Shown here: positions 1 to 10,585 of the stretch, piece by piece
Numbering within the stretch: position 1 is the stretch's first letter
Layout: each line of letters begins with the position of its first letter
Source of the DNA: Hydrolagus colliei
Lineage: Eukaryota
NCBI GenBank assembly: GCA_035084275.1
Contig: CM068744.1
Span: forward strand, 18,414,001-18,478,000
DNA length: 64,000 bases
Direction: 5' to 3'
The notes under the pieces: model-generated
The model's input: the letters and a program-made list of their open reading frames with translations, nothing else
Databases searched by the model: none
Told to the model about the DNA's origin: nothing
Made by a program: the position numbers and the translations under genes

Positions 1-705
1 TAATACTATGGAGGTGAGGGAAAGTTGAGTGAGTGAGACAAGGGGCAATATGAGATTTGAATGACAATTTGGGGAGGATCAACCAAGATATTGTAGTTCC
101 ACATGTTAGAATGTTCAACCGTGAAAATTTATATTGTCAGCCCTCAGGTGAGAAGATGTTGATGGGAGTGAAGGATGAGAGTCTCAGTATCAGTCTCAGC
201 TGGAAAAAATTCAAGCTCAAACAATGCTCGCCAAACATTCAGAACAGCAGAGGCTTAGAGGTGCAAGTAGAGGCAGAAAGATTTGTATACATATAGAGTT
301 GAAATCCACGCCTGCGTATGAAATTGCAGAAGAGAAGCATATTGATAAAGGAAAATAACAATAGAGCCCTGAGAAACACCACACGTGATGACATGGGAAA
401 GGAAGCTGATGGAGGCGATAAAGTGGAGGTAGGAGCTAAGCTGGATATGACAGAACCACTGAGGTGGACAGAGAGAAGCAGTGGAGAAGGATGGAGTGGT
501 CACCAGAATCAAAGGTAGCAGAGAGATTAATGAGAAACATAAACAGATAGAGCCCTGGTCATAGATAGAGAAAATTACATTGGTGTATTTGACCAGGGCA
601 GTCTCGGAGCTCTGAGTTGGGCAAAAACTGGACTAGAAGGGTTCAAACAGAAAGAGTGAACTTGAGAAGCAATGATTCATTCCAGTGTCTTAGAGAGGAA
701 AGGAA
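1..705 (-). mobile_element. Degraded L2 LINE, reverse-transcriptase region fragment
   Basis: Minus frames give TCGVSQGS and a decayed FHMYADD-like region; parallels the better preserved L2 RT at 49075-49647. Confidence 0.75.
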
Positions 706-879
706 ATTTTATTAATGTATTTTCCAGAATGCATTTCAGTTTAACCTTCCAATATGCTCCAGTAAAAAGCTTCTAATTTATACTGGGGCATTCTCCCTAT
801 GTGAAAGGCACTCTATAAATGTAACTTTGTTGTTGTTGTTTCAGAAAATCCACCTCCTCAACTACTCAAAAGAGAAGAA

Positions 880-1560
880 AAAGGTTCCCCCTGGGTATGT
901 CCTCAACTGTGCAAATCCCATTATAAAAACAGAGCCATCTTATTAACTGTCAAGGTCAGGATTTCTTTCATAGCAATCTCTTGGGTGATTTGAATAGATC
1001 TGATTTTGTTCCCATTTTTATTTCCTCCTTTTCAAATCCTCAAAATGCTGCCACTTTGTGAGTTGTAATAAGACCTTTAGGGAGATTGAAACATCCTTGA
1101 GTTTTCCTTCCAATCTGAGACAGCCCAATGTGTGGATTTGAAAATCAGTTGGTACATAAAAGGATGACCAGCTTTAAAAAATATGTATAATTATAATTGA
1201 ATTATTAACCTGGCAATTCTATCCTTTAGCAAAAATATTGGAAATTGTTGTGAAATATTCTTAAGAATTTTGGCTGATACACCTGGAGGGTTCATTTTGA
1301 AAGTATAATTGAATCTGGGCATGATGTTCAGTTTGATTGAATCTACCTTTCTGTGTAATAAAAGTTGAGTTTCAATCAAAATGGATAATCTCTACTTGTG
1401 CACTATGGTGCCTTATAATTAATCTCTCTGATATTAATAGGATGGGAACAATCTCAATATTGAAGTATGCAATCTAAAATCCTTTGATCAAGAAATGGTC
1501 ATCAAATTTTCAATGGCTAAAATTTGAATTTATTCCTGTCAATATGTTAACCTGAAAGAA
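880..1560 (-). mobile_element. Very old L1/Tx1-clade LINE ORF2 relic (post-RT region)
   Basis: ORF 1191-1379(-) KVDSIKLNIMPRFNYTFKMNP resembles the L1 motif GRINxIKMNILPRxxYLFQMxP; downstream GICTVEDI resembles GIxxIxDL. Confidence 0.6.
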
Positions 1561-1729
1561 TGAAGTGAGGCAGTAAATTAACAAACTAATATTGGTGCCC
1601 TGAATAAAATGGTTTATCTAGAAAACAATAACTGGTGACTCCAACACTAAAATGGAGTAAACAACAGTACTTTTTAATCCAGCGATTAAAAGGAGAGAAC
1701 CTTTCTAAAGTAACTGTGCAATTCTCAGA

Positions 1730-2270
1730 TGTCCATTGATGAATGAATTACTATTCTACTTGGGAATGGTAAGGTGGTAAGTGATCTCTCCTTTGGCTTC
1801 AACTGGCTTCAAGATGACATGCTTGGCAATGGAATATGAAAATTAGGTCAATCCTCTTTGGTGGTCTCAAAATTTGATTCCTAACTGCAGGTTAGTGCTG
1901 ATGATAGCCTGGCTTGTCAACAGGTCTTGGAGGGGCAGAACAATGACAATGGGCAGCGATTCTTCCCATTCATCCATTGTTAACTCTGCAAGCCAAATAT
2001 CTAACTAGTAGATGGTCCTAACTGGGCAAGTAGAAGGAATCTTGCCAGCCAGTTTCACAGTGGCAGCAAATTCTGTATTAACTGATTAAACTCCAGCAGT
2101 ACCTCAATACACGCTTTAGGTTACTCAAGCCTTGATCTCTGTCAACTTTCCTCTAATACTTCCCAGAATTAGGTAAGTAGGCTGTGTCTACCCAGAATTA
2201 GGTAAGCAGGCTGTGTCTACCCAGTCCACATTCCATTCCAAACACGTGGAAAATTGCCATATACAGGTGA
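1730..2270 (-). repeat. Fragment of unclassified old dispersed repeat (family X), containing a 29-bp tandem duplication at about 2162-2225
   Basis: Aligns in reverse to about 61.4-61.9 kb (e.g. gttaactctgcaagccaaa, gacatgcttggcaatggaat); cccagaattaggtaagyaggctgtgtcta occurs twice. Strand is relative to the 61 kb copy. Confidence 0.7.
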
Positions 2271-2750
2271 TAAACTAAATCCTTGACTATTTGATCGAAT
2301 TTGGTCACTCATTCAATAATCATTTGTGGGACATAACTATGCACAATTGGCAATCGCGTTTCACCCACAAAATACACAGTGAATTCACTTTATAGTACAT
2401 TCTGTGAAGCCCTGAGATGTCTCAACAACACGATAAAGTGTTTTATCAAATGCAAGGATTATTATTATTATAACTTGGAACTCTCAGTCTGGTGCTGAAT
2501 ATGGAAACTGACTTTTCGCGTGTGTCAGATACCCAGTGGACAAAATAAAAAAAGTTGCCAATTTGTATTCAATTTACAAAGTTGAGTTCAATAACAAACT
2601 TTTCCAGCATATAAAACAAGTTGATCCCACTCAACCCTGTCAAATCCCTTCTCTGCATTCAAACACAGTATCATTAGGTGATTGCCTGAAATGCTCTGTG
2701 AATTAAGTGGAACAATCTGTCCATGCTTTTCTGGTGCCAAATATCCTTTT

Positions 2751-3476
2751 ACTAATCCTACCTGATTCTTATGTTAAGGCACTCTCTAAGTGAATAGCTT
2801 TGGCAATTAATGTGTAATTAACATTTGGCAGGGGTTTAGGATAGTAGATTTTGTAAAATTTGGCATCTTTCTCAGATTGACAGCATTTTAACAGAATGAA
2901 GGTATGTGTCAATTTAAGTCTACATAATGGTCCATTAATATTCTCTGTAATGCATTACCACCAGTGGGTCTATGTGGTGTAAACATGTCTTTAAACCTAC
3001 AAAATAACCATTATACTTCTTGTTCTGGCACACCCTGACATTTCGTTCCCAGCTTTCTCTATTTAATTAATTGAAAGGGACTTTGAGTCCTGTCTGTTTA
3101 TGAGATTCATAGATTCTTCCAAAACTAATCTCTCTCTCTCTCTCTGTGCTTCTTCAGACTTTTGATTTGTGTATCCTTATATTTAATGATTTAAAGGTTT
3201 CTGATAGGAAAAATTCAGTGGTCAGGGAATATATGCACAAAGTGGTCATACGTAGACTTGTTTTATCATATGTAGTGTAAAGGAGGCCAGTATGTACATA
3301 CTTTTAGCATTTTAGGAGAATGAAGACACATACTTTCATTGTACGTATTACAATTCTATCAATCTGAGAAACGCACAAATTCCACTGTGTTAAACCCCTG
3401 CCAAATGTTAATTACAAATTAATTGCCAAAGCTATTCCCTAAAAGAGTGCATGACATACGAATCAGATAAGATTAC
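2751..3476. repeat. Long inverted repeat, arms about 2751-2910 and 3325-3476; probable non-autonomous DNA transposon
   Basis: Core gaatagctttggcaattaat(g/t)tgtaattaacatttggcaggggttta is present in both arms in opposite orientation with one mismatch. Confidence 0.85.
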
Positions 3477-3483
3477 TGCAATC

Positions 3484-4237
3484 ATAATAATCCTAATGAT
3501 TAATTATTACATTTGACATAATAATAATAATCCTTGCATTTGATACAGCACTTCTTCTGGATGTCTCAAAGCACTTCACAGAATATACTGTAAAGTGAAT
3601 TGACTGTGTATTTGTGGGTGAAACGCGGCAGCCAATTGCACACACCAGTGTCCCACAAACAGTCGTGGATTTAAATGACCTATTTATTATAGTTTTTTTG
3701 GGGGGAACGGATTATTACTAGACGTGTGGAGTAAGGAAACTTGCCCAAGGTTTCGCCCGACCTGGATTTGAAACACAGGTCTCACATTTATAAGGCGTGT
3801 GCTTTAACTATTGAGCTACAGAACTACACAATATAACACCTATTATATTAAAAGGATATCTGAAAGTGCTACAGAGCATTTATTGTAAAGTTCAGTGACT
3901 GCCCATTTTGTAGACAGATGCAACAGTCAGCTTGTTCACTGCAAAGTCCCACAAACAGCAATGGCATGAATGACCAATTTTATTTTGGTGATTGTGAGCT
4001 AGAATACTGGAAGAAACTCCTGTCCCTTTTCAAATTATGCCATGGGATCTTTAATGCCGACCTGAATAAGCAGATGGGTCCTCAGTTTAATGTCTCATTT
4101 AAAGGATGGAAACAGTGCAGTACAACTGCAGCGCCTCAGTACAGCGTAGGCATAGACTATATAAGTTCCCAACATAGAGTGAGCAACCACCATCGGACTC
4201 AGAGTCAAGCAAACTACGAACTGAGGCATGCTGACAT
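3484..4237 (-). mobile_element. Old SacSINE1-like Deu-SINE with a younger SINE nested in its tail
   Basis: Reverse complement shows the head tgtcagcatgcctcagttcgtag and Deu-core aagatcccatggca...gctgtttgtgggac. Confidence 0.7.
3519..3830 (-). mobile_element. Young tRNA-headed SINE (family Y), full length
   Basis: tRNA-like head, Deu-3' body and caaatgcaagga(tta)n tail; matches 9302-9591. Confidence 0.9.
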
Positions 4238-5439
4238 CAAGGCACAAGCCGATTGGAAAAAATATATCCAGGTAAGATTCTGGCAAACACAACTGTGCCA
4301 GCTTTTTCATTGTAAGGGTAGTTATCTCCAAATTAGTGGCTGATGTGGTGACATTCTCTTTAAGGGTTTGTTTTTTGAAGCCATCATATAAGAGCTATGT
4401 ATTCTAGGAATGTCTGTCAACACTCACACTGATTCCTTCTTCCTCACTAATGGTAAATTGCATCTCATTTGTGGTTGAATTAGTCCGACAGAGAGTCTGT
4501 TTCCCCCAGCAATTCTCCTTTTCTACATTTGCTGACCTTTTGTCTATCGTTTGCAAAGTTTCTGCCATTTGTGGCTTCTACCCCTTATGTCATGCATTTA
4601 ATTGCAGCTTTTTCCTCCGTAATAATAATAAAAATAATTCTTACATTGGATACAGGTTTCGGGTCAGGAGGACATCTCAAAGTGATTCATAGTATATACT
4701 CTAAAGCGTAGTGACTATGTATTACCCAGGCTAACAATCATGTTTACCATTCTGACTGCTCAAGAATTCAAAATTAACTTGTATATTGTTGCACCTTGTC
4801 TTCTCCATCTTGTAATCAGTGCATGTAGAGATTCAGGCTCACCCTCTTTAAATTGGGCTGCACCTCTTTTGTTGGCTCCTCCAGAATGCCAGAATTTATA
4901 CCAGCAACTACTCTGTTTTTTTCCCACAAAATATGCAGTCAATCCACTTCATAAAGTATTCTGGGAAACACTTTGAGATGTTGCAACAATGTGATGAGGC
5001 GCTATATTGAATGCAAGGATTATTATGTATACAGTATATATCACCTTTTGTAACTATTACTCCAAAGTAATGTGATGCTCACTACCTGTGTCAATGATGT
5101 CTCCAGAGGCATTGTCTCTGTACTGTTATATCTTATCAACTATTCAATTTGGCCAAGACATCATAATTGTAACCCTCTAGTAAGAGGTTATAATGATCTG
5201 ACCTATTTGTTTGAAGAAATGTCTTGATGCTGCAATAGGATGAATGTTCTGAAAGGGTGAGATGAAATGGATTGAAGGGACTTCTTCATTGGAACCTTTC
5301 TTGAAATCTTGTCTAGATTAACTATTCTAATTCTTACATTCATTTGCCAGCAGTTTTCCACATGGAACTGTTGCTCACTTCCATAAAAAATACAGTTCAG
5401 TTAACCAAAGAAACATTTATTCAGTGTATGTCTCATATG

Positions 5440-5865
5440 GACATCTTTCAGCACTTCTGCTAACCAAGACCCATATAACTTCCCTGACTTTACTCTTCTT
5501 TTGTTTGGCTGTCTCCACTATAATGTCCCCACACTTGTGTTCAAATCCCTTAACTTCTGGCAAATCCCTATCTCTCCGAACTCCTCACTCCCCAATCGAT
5601 CAACCGTCACCTCCGCTCAATTGGCACCAGCCTCCTCTCATCTCTTGCAACCCCCACCCCACCATCGAAGGTCACCCCACTATGCCCTGAAACTCTGGAA
5701 CACTCTCCCTCAACCTCTCCGCCTTGCCCAAAAGTCCTGCCTGAAAACCTTTCTGTTAAATTGTGCTTACGGCCACCTTCGCCTCCCCAGTTTAGAGTCA
5801 GGCTCTGGTAAGCGCTCAAAGATGCAGCCCTGCATGGAGGGCACTATAGAAGTGCAAGTTGTTGC
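5440..5865 (+). mobile_element. L2 LINE 3' fragment
   Basis: Encodes LWNTLP..LKTFL; decayed L2 tail ggcactatagaagtgcaagttgttg. Confidence 0.75.
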
Positions 5866-6439
5866 TGGATGTGTAGCTAATTATAAACCATGAAGGACTG
5901 TATGCAAGGTGACTACATTTATATTCATCAAGAGGCTGCTGTTGAATCTCATCCAGTAGATTTAGGTTTACTTGTTGATCGAGCTGGACTGATCAAAGTT
6001 AAAACTTGATAAAATAATAGGTTGGATTTGATAGGTGCTTCTCCTGGAACTCAAAGTGTGTCAGGTGTTCCCAGAATTGCATCAATATGGAAACAGATCA
6101 TATCATATGGGAAAAGTGTATTTTCTAACTGATGGCCTCTGAACATATAAAATATTAATCAGTTCTATAACACTGACAATTCCTTCAGAGCTGGTTGTCA
6201 TTATCCAGGGGCCATGACTATTTAGCAAGATGTAAAGGAACAAAATTATGATTTATCAAATAAATTTCAGGATTGTCATTCAAAGCACAAATAATGGCTT
6301 GGAGGATATTCCCAGTTCTGAAAGCGAACACAGTTGTAATCCCTCTTCAACACAAGTATCCATGGTCATAATCCTCCCTTTCTAAACACATTCACAGCTA
6401 TAATCTCTTTTTATCAGTTATAATAATTTCAGGGTTGAA

Positions 6440-6670
6440 AGGATTCTGCATTGTTGGAAGTGTCATCTTTCCAATGAAATATTGAACTGAGGTCTTGTCT
6501 GCCAGTTCAGGTGGATGAATAGTTCAGGTACACTATTCAAAATACAAGAGCGTTTCTCCTAGTGTACTAGCCAACAATCCTACAGATTAACCGATCATTC
6601 ATCTTTTGGGTTGGTTGTGGAATCGTATTAGTGCAATTGCTGCCATATTTGCTTACAAAAATCAGTCATA
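6440..6670 (+). mobile_element. Old SacSINE1-like SINE fragment
   Basis: gtctgccagttcaggtgga...cactatt...tagccaaca Deu-core similarity. Confidence 0.6.
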
Positions 6671-7604
6671 ATATTTAATAGTAATTACCTGTGCAATTCT
6701 TTCCAATGGTTCCATGTTATAAAGTACAACAAATGTTAATTTGTTTTTTACTCTGCAATATAGATTCAAATAGCTGCTAAAACGCTGAGAGAATTTACGT
6801 TAAAGAGTTCTGCATGTGTCAAATTCGCAATCATTCAGGTGTGATTCTTGTATTAAGCCACCCCGAGTCTTAAATTCTAGGAAAAATCTTGGGAAGATAT
6901 TACGACAAGGTTCTTACTGTTTGTTGATTTTGATTGGCTGAAGCATTATTGAAATGTTACTCCAGTAACACTGGACGCTGGCTGCTGCCTATTCTCTATT
7001 AGAAAAAACAACTTTTGAATCTTCATCAGCTGTTCACTCCCATTCATGTCATTAACGGTAGATTTAATGAAAGATCTGTAAGAAAAACGCTTGCATTTTT
7101 GTAACACAAACCACAGTGACATGTCTTAAAATGCGTCACAGGTGCATGTGTAGTGACTAGTTTTGTAGGCACACATGACAGCCATTTTGCACACAACAAA
7201 TTTCTCACATTTTTTAATTTAAAAAAAAGCAAACTAGCTAACTAATGCAAATAGGCGCAGACTGAAATTAAAGGCTCTATAGAGCAATCTGATGTAGAGT
7301 AAGACCAGATCTACATTTACATTGAAAAACATGTTCTGTATTTTGTTAAGTTATACCATCAGTTGTTGTAATTCTGATCTTGTCTCTCACAAAAGTAGTA
7401 CTCCGTATATATCCTATTCTTCTTTTTTTGTGTCAAGAATATGTGGCCAATGCAGTTTGAAGAAATATCACTCAATATGTCTTCTTAATATATCCCTTTG
7501 GCAAATAGAACTTAAGCATTATGAAATTGGATCACCACTGATTTCCATCTAAAATGAAACTAATTATGAATGTCATGTATAATGTGTTAAGGTTTGAATT
7601 TAGA

Positions 7605-8067
7605 TCCTCACCTGGCTACACTGGCTCCCCAGATGCCCAGAGGATTGTGTTCAAGATCCTGATCCTCATCTTTAAGGCCTCCATGGTCTTGAGCTTCCCT
7701 ACCTCTACAACCTACTAAACCTTTACCAAACAGTCCATTCCCTCCAATCAGTGGGCACTGTCCTGCTTCATGTCCTCCACTCTGCGCACTCTACCATCAG
7801 CAGTTGGACCTTTGACCTTTCTGCCCCCACACTCTGGAACTCCATCCTGGAGCCTCTCTGCCTCACACTCTCCCCTGCCTCAAGGTCTATCTCAAAACCT
7901 TCCTCTTTGACCGTGCCTTCAGTCATCTTCCCACACCACCCAAGCCCAATCTCCAACCCCCAGCTCAGGTGCAAACTCTTCACTGTCTATAGTAACTTGA
8001 CTCATCCACTTGATGTAAAAAGCGCTATATCAATACAATTTAATGCTAATGGTGGTGCAGTTGTTGT
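7605..8067 (+). mobile_element. L2 LINE 3' fragment
   Basis: LHWLP..FKILILIFKA..SAPTLWNS motifs; tail aaaagcgctata. Confidence 0.85.
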
Positions 8068-8959
8068 AGATCGTCTAGGCTTGGATTGTTGGTTTACAAC
8101 TGGGCATCTTGTAGCATTATCAGGTAAACTGTACATTGAAGTGCATTTGTCATTTAGGAAAAACAGTTTTACTTGCAGAGCAATATTAGTTTCTAAAGAC
8201 TTTGGAGTTTGATTTGAATAGAAATGTGGTCACTTGATTTTTTTCAACTTGTCAACTTTCTTCCCAGTTGTGCAAACTCCTTTCCGATAGAATCACTATT
8301 ACTGTGACTGAAACTGAACTCTTATGTTTCTCAACAAAGGCTTATAACTTCTGCGTGCCCTATTTTGTCTCCTTACTTTTCGTTTATCAGCTAACTGACT
8401 TTTTTCACTCAGTTTTGACACTTAGTCCAACAGTGTCCAATGGCGAAGAAACCACATTTTAAGACGTAATCTTTTTAGAGGATTAGACTGAAGCTATGTT
8501 CGTGCCAAGATTTTCTGTCTTTTAAATTGCTTGTCTGGGCTTCTAATAAGATCCCTTGGCACCTATAATCCATCTGTTACATCAACCTTTCAGAGGGCGG
8601 CATTGTCCGGATGAATGATCTCTTACCTGTTCAGTGGATTCTCATTAACCCGCGAGCACTCAAACCCATACTTATTTCTTTATTTCTGGCTTCATTAAAA
8701 CACCACATTTTGCTCTGAATCTAAATTAACCAATGTTAGTATTTCAGTGAAAATGCATTCAATTTCAAATGAAAACAACTGTATTTATTTCATTCAAATG
8801 TAGTAAATTGCTTCTCGCAGGTTTTATTATAAAACAAAATACTAGTGCTAAATACACTACCATTCCCTGAAAAGATTATATACCAGGTAGATTTAGTAGC
8901 TAATATTATGCATTCCATTAATGCCTCAATTTGAGCAATAGATATGTGTAAAAGAGATA

Positions 8960-9292
8960 CAGTAAAACCTGGATAATCCGGCAAGGTTGGGCCTACTCAC
9001 CTCCCAGAATTTGGAGTTTGCCGGTATTTAGAACCTACTATAGAAATGGCTGGGGAAGCCCTGCCCAACACACCATGTGAGCTGTAAACACAGCACTGAT
9101 GGGAAACTATGGTCGAGTGGCAACCACAGAACCGGATAACAAAGTGGCGCCAGGGTGAACTGCAAGCAGCTATTCTGAATTTTGGGGGATTTGTCTGACA
9201 TCGGAAAAAAATTGATGCTGCTTGTATTTTTAAATCTTGTCAGTCTTAAGAAGTTGCAGGTTTCGGAATATCGGATTTTCGAGGTTTTACTG
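8960..9292. mobile_element. Tc1/mariner-superfamily (pogo/Tigger-like) MITE, 333 bp
   Basis: TIRs CAGTAAAACCTGGATAATCCG and (rc) CAGTAAAACCTCGAAAATCCG; TA at 8958-8959 and 9293-9294. Confidence 0.88.
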
Positions 9293-9301
9293 TATATATA
9301 A

Positions 9302-9591
9302 TGTGGAGTCCTGTAGCTCAGTGGTTAGAGCACTCGTCTTACAAGTGAGAGACCTGGGTTCAAATCCAGGCACGATGAAACCTTGAGCAAGTTTCCTTAC
9401 TCCACACTCCTGACAATAATCCCTCAAAACAAATAGGTCATTTCAATCCATGACTGTTTGTGGGATAGTTGTTTGTGCAATTGGCTGCCAAGTTTCGCCC
9501 AAAATATTCACTTTACGGTATATTTTGTGAAGCACTACGAGATGTCTGGAAGACATGAAAAGCACTATATCAAATGCAAGGAATATTATTA
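9302..9591 (+). mobile_element. Young tRNA-headed SINE (family Y), full length
   Basis: Pol III A box TAGCTCAGTGG 9314-9324, B box GGTTCAAATCC 9357-9367, Deu-3' body, (TTA)n tail. Confidence 0.92.
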
Positions 9592-9884
9592 TAATGTATT
9601 ATGTATATAATAAAAATCTCCTGAATTAAAATTTAAATCCCATAGGGTGAGGACGGTGTGACCTGATATCTTGCAAGTGACAAAGTTCCATAATTGTTTT
9701 CAACCCCAGGATGTATCTTATTCTGTGGCTCTTTATATATTCCATTTATAGCAATTGTTCACAAATAAATAAAATTATAAGAACTGGATGGAAATACGCT
9801 AATTTTATCAAGTAAATGAATTGTGGTTTGGTTTCAGGGAATTCACTGGATACCATTTATATATGTATACCATTGTACCTTCTG

Positions 9885-9960
9885 TACAGACTGTTCAGCG
9901 CTTTGGGACGTCCTCCCGACGTGAAAGGTGCTATACAAGTGCAATTTTGTTGTTGTTGTT
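9885..9960 (+). mobile_element. L2 3' tail only
   Basis: cagcgctttgggacgtcctcccgacgtgaaaggtgctatacaagtgcaatttt(gtt)n. Confidence 0.85.
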
Positions 9961-10399
9961 CTGATAAAATTGGCATTTGTGTCATGGTTGTTTGTGGGAC
10001 GTTGCTTTGTACAAATTGGGTGCTGGGTTCAGTTCCGAGGGCAATGTGCAGAACTTGAAGTTGTCCTCATAAAGTGAGAGGTACTACATCGAAAGCAAGA
10101 GTTACTATTTTCATATGGAATACAAAATATATTGCGGAGGATAATTTCACAAAAGAGACATAAAATATCTTTCCTTTTAAGGAATTTGTACTTCAAAACC
10201 AAATATGGTACATTTTTCCATCAGCATGTTTTATTTGCCAGGATATAAACTGTCATAATTTTTCTACTTATCCAATGATCAATAACAATTAATAACAAGT
10301 TCACAAGAGAAGATCACAGATGAAAAAATGCCCTTCGACCAGTTTGATCTCATCCTTTCAGAATACTCATTCTATCATCCAGACAGTATCAATAACTTG

Positions 10400-10585
10400 T
10401 TGCAACCTTCCTGGTGAGTAACGCAGCTCAGAATGAAATGCATAAGCGCATTGCCACCATCCTCCTGCCCACAGCTCAGCCACAAATTACTAACCCCTGA
10501 GCAATGGTACCACCATTTGGAAGCATTCAGCTTAAGCATCGACTGCTTGCAATTCTGCCCACCAATCAAAGTGGATACCATGCCA
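10400..10585 (+). repeat. Family X fragment
   Basis: cttcctggtg...cataagcgcattgccaccatcctcctg...aatcaaagtggatacc matches about 61925-62090. Confidence 0.7.

Noticed and set aside
3841-3880. Apparent continuation of the 2.75 kb inverted repeat beyond the SINE
   Set aside because: Better explained as the tail region of the older minus-strand SINE
8040-8062. ttaatgctaat, the start of miR-155
   Set aside because: Lies in a decayed L2 tail; the 3' half differs and there is no hairpin
9305-9375. tRNA genes
   Set aside because: tRNA-like sequences lack a proper acceptor stem and are fused to SINE bodies in every copy
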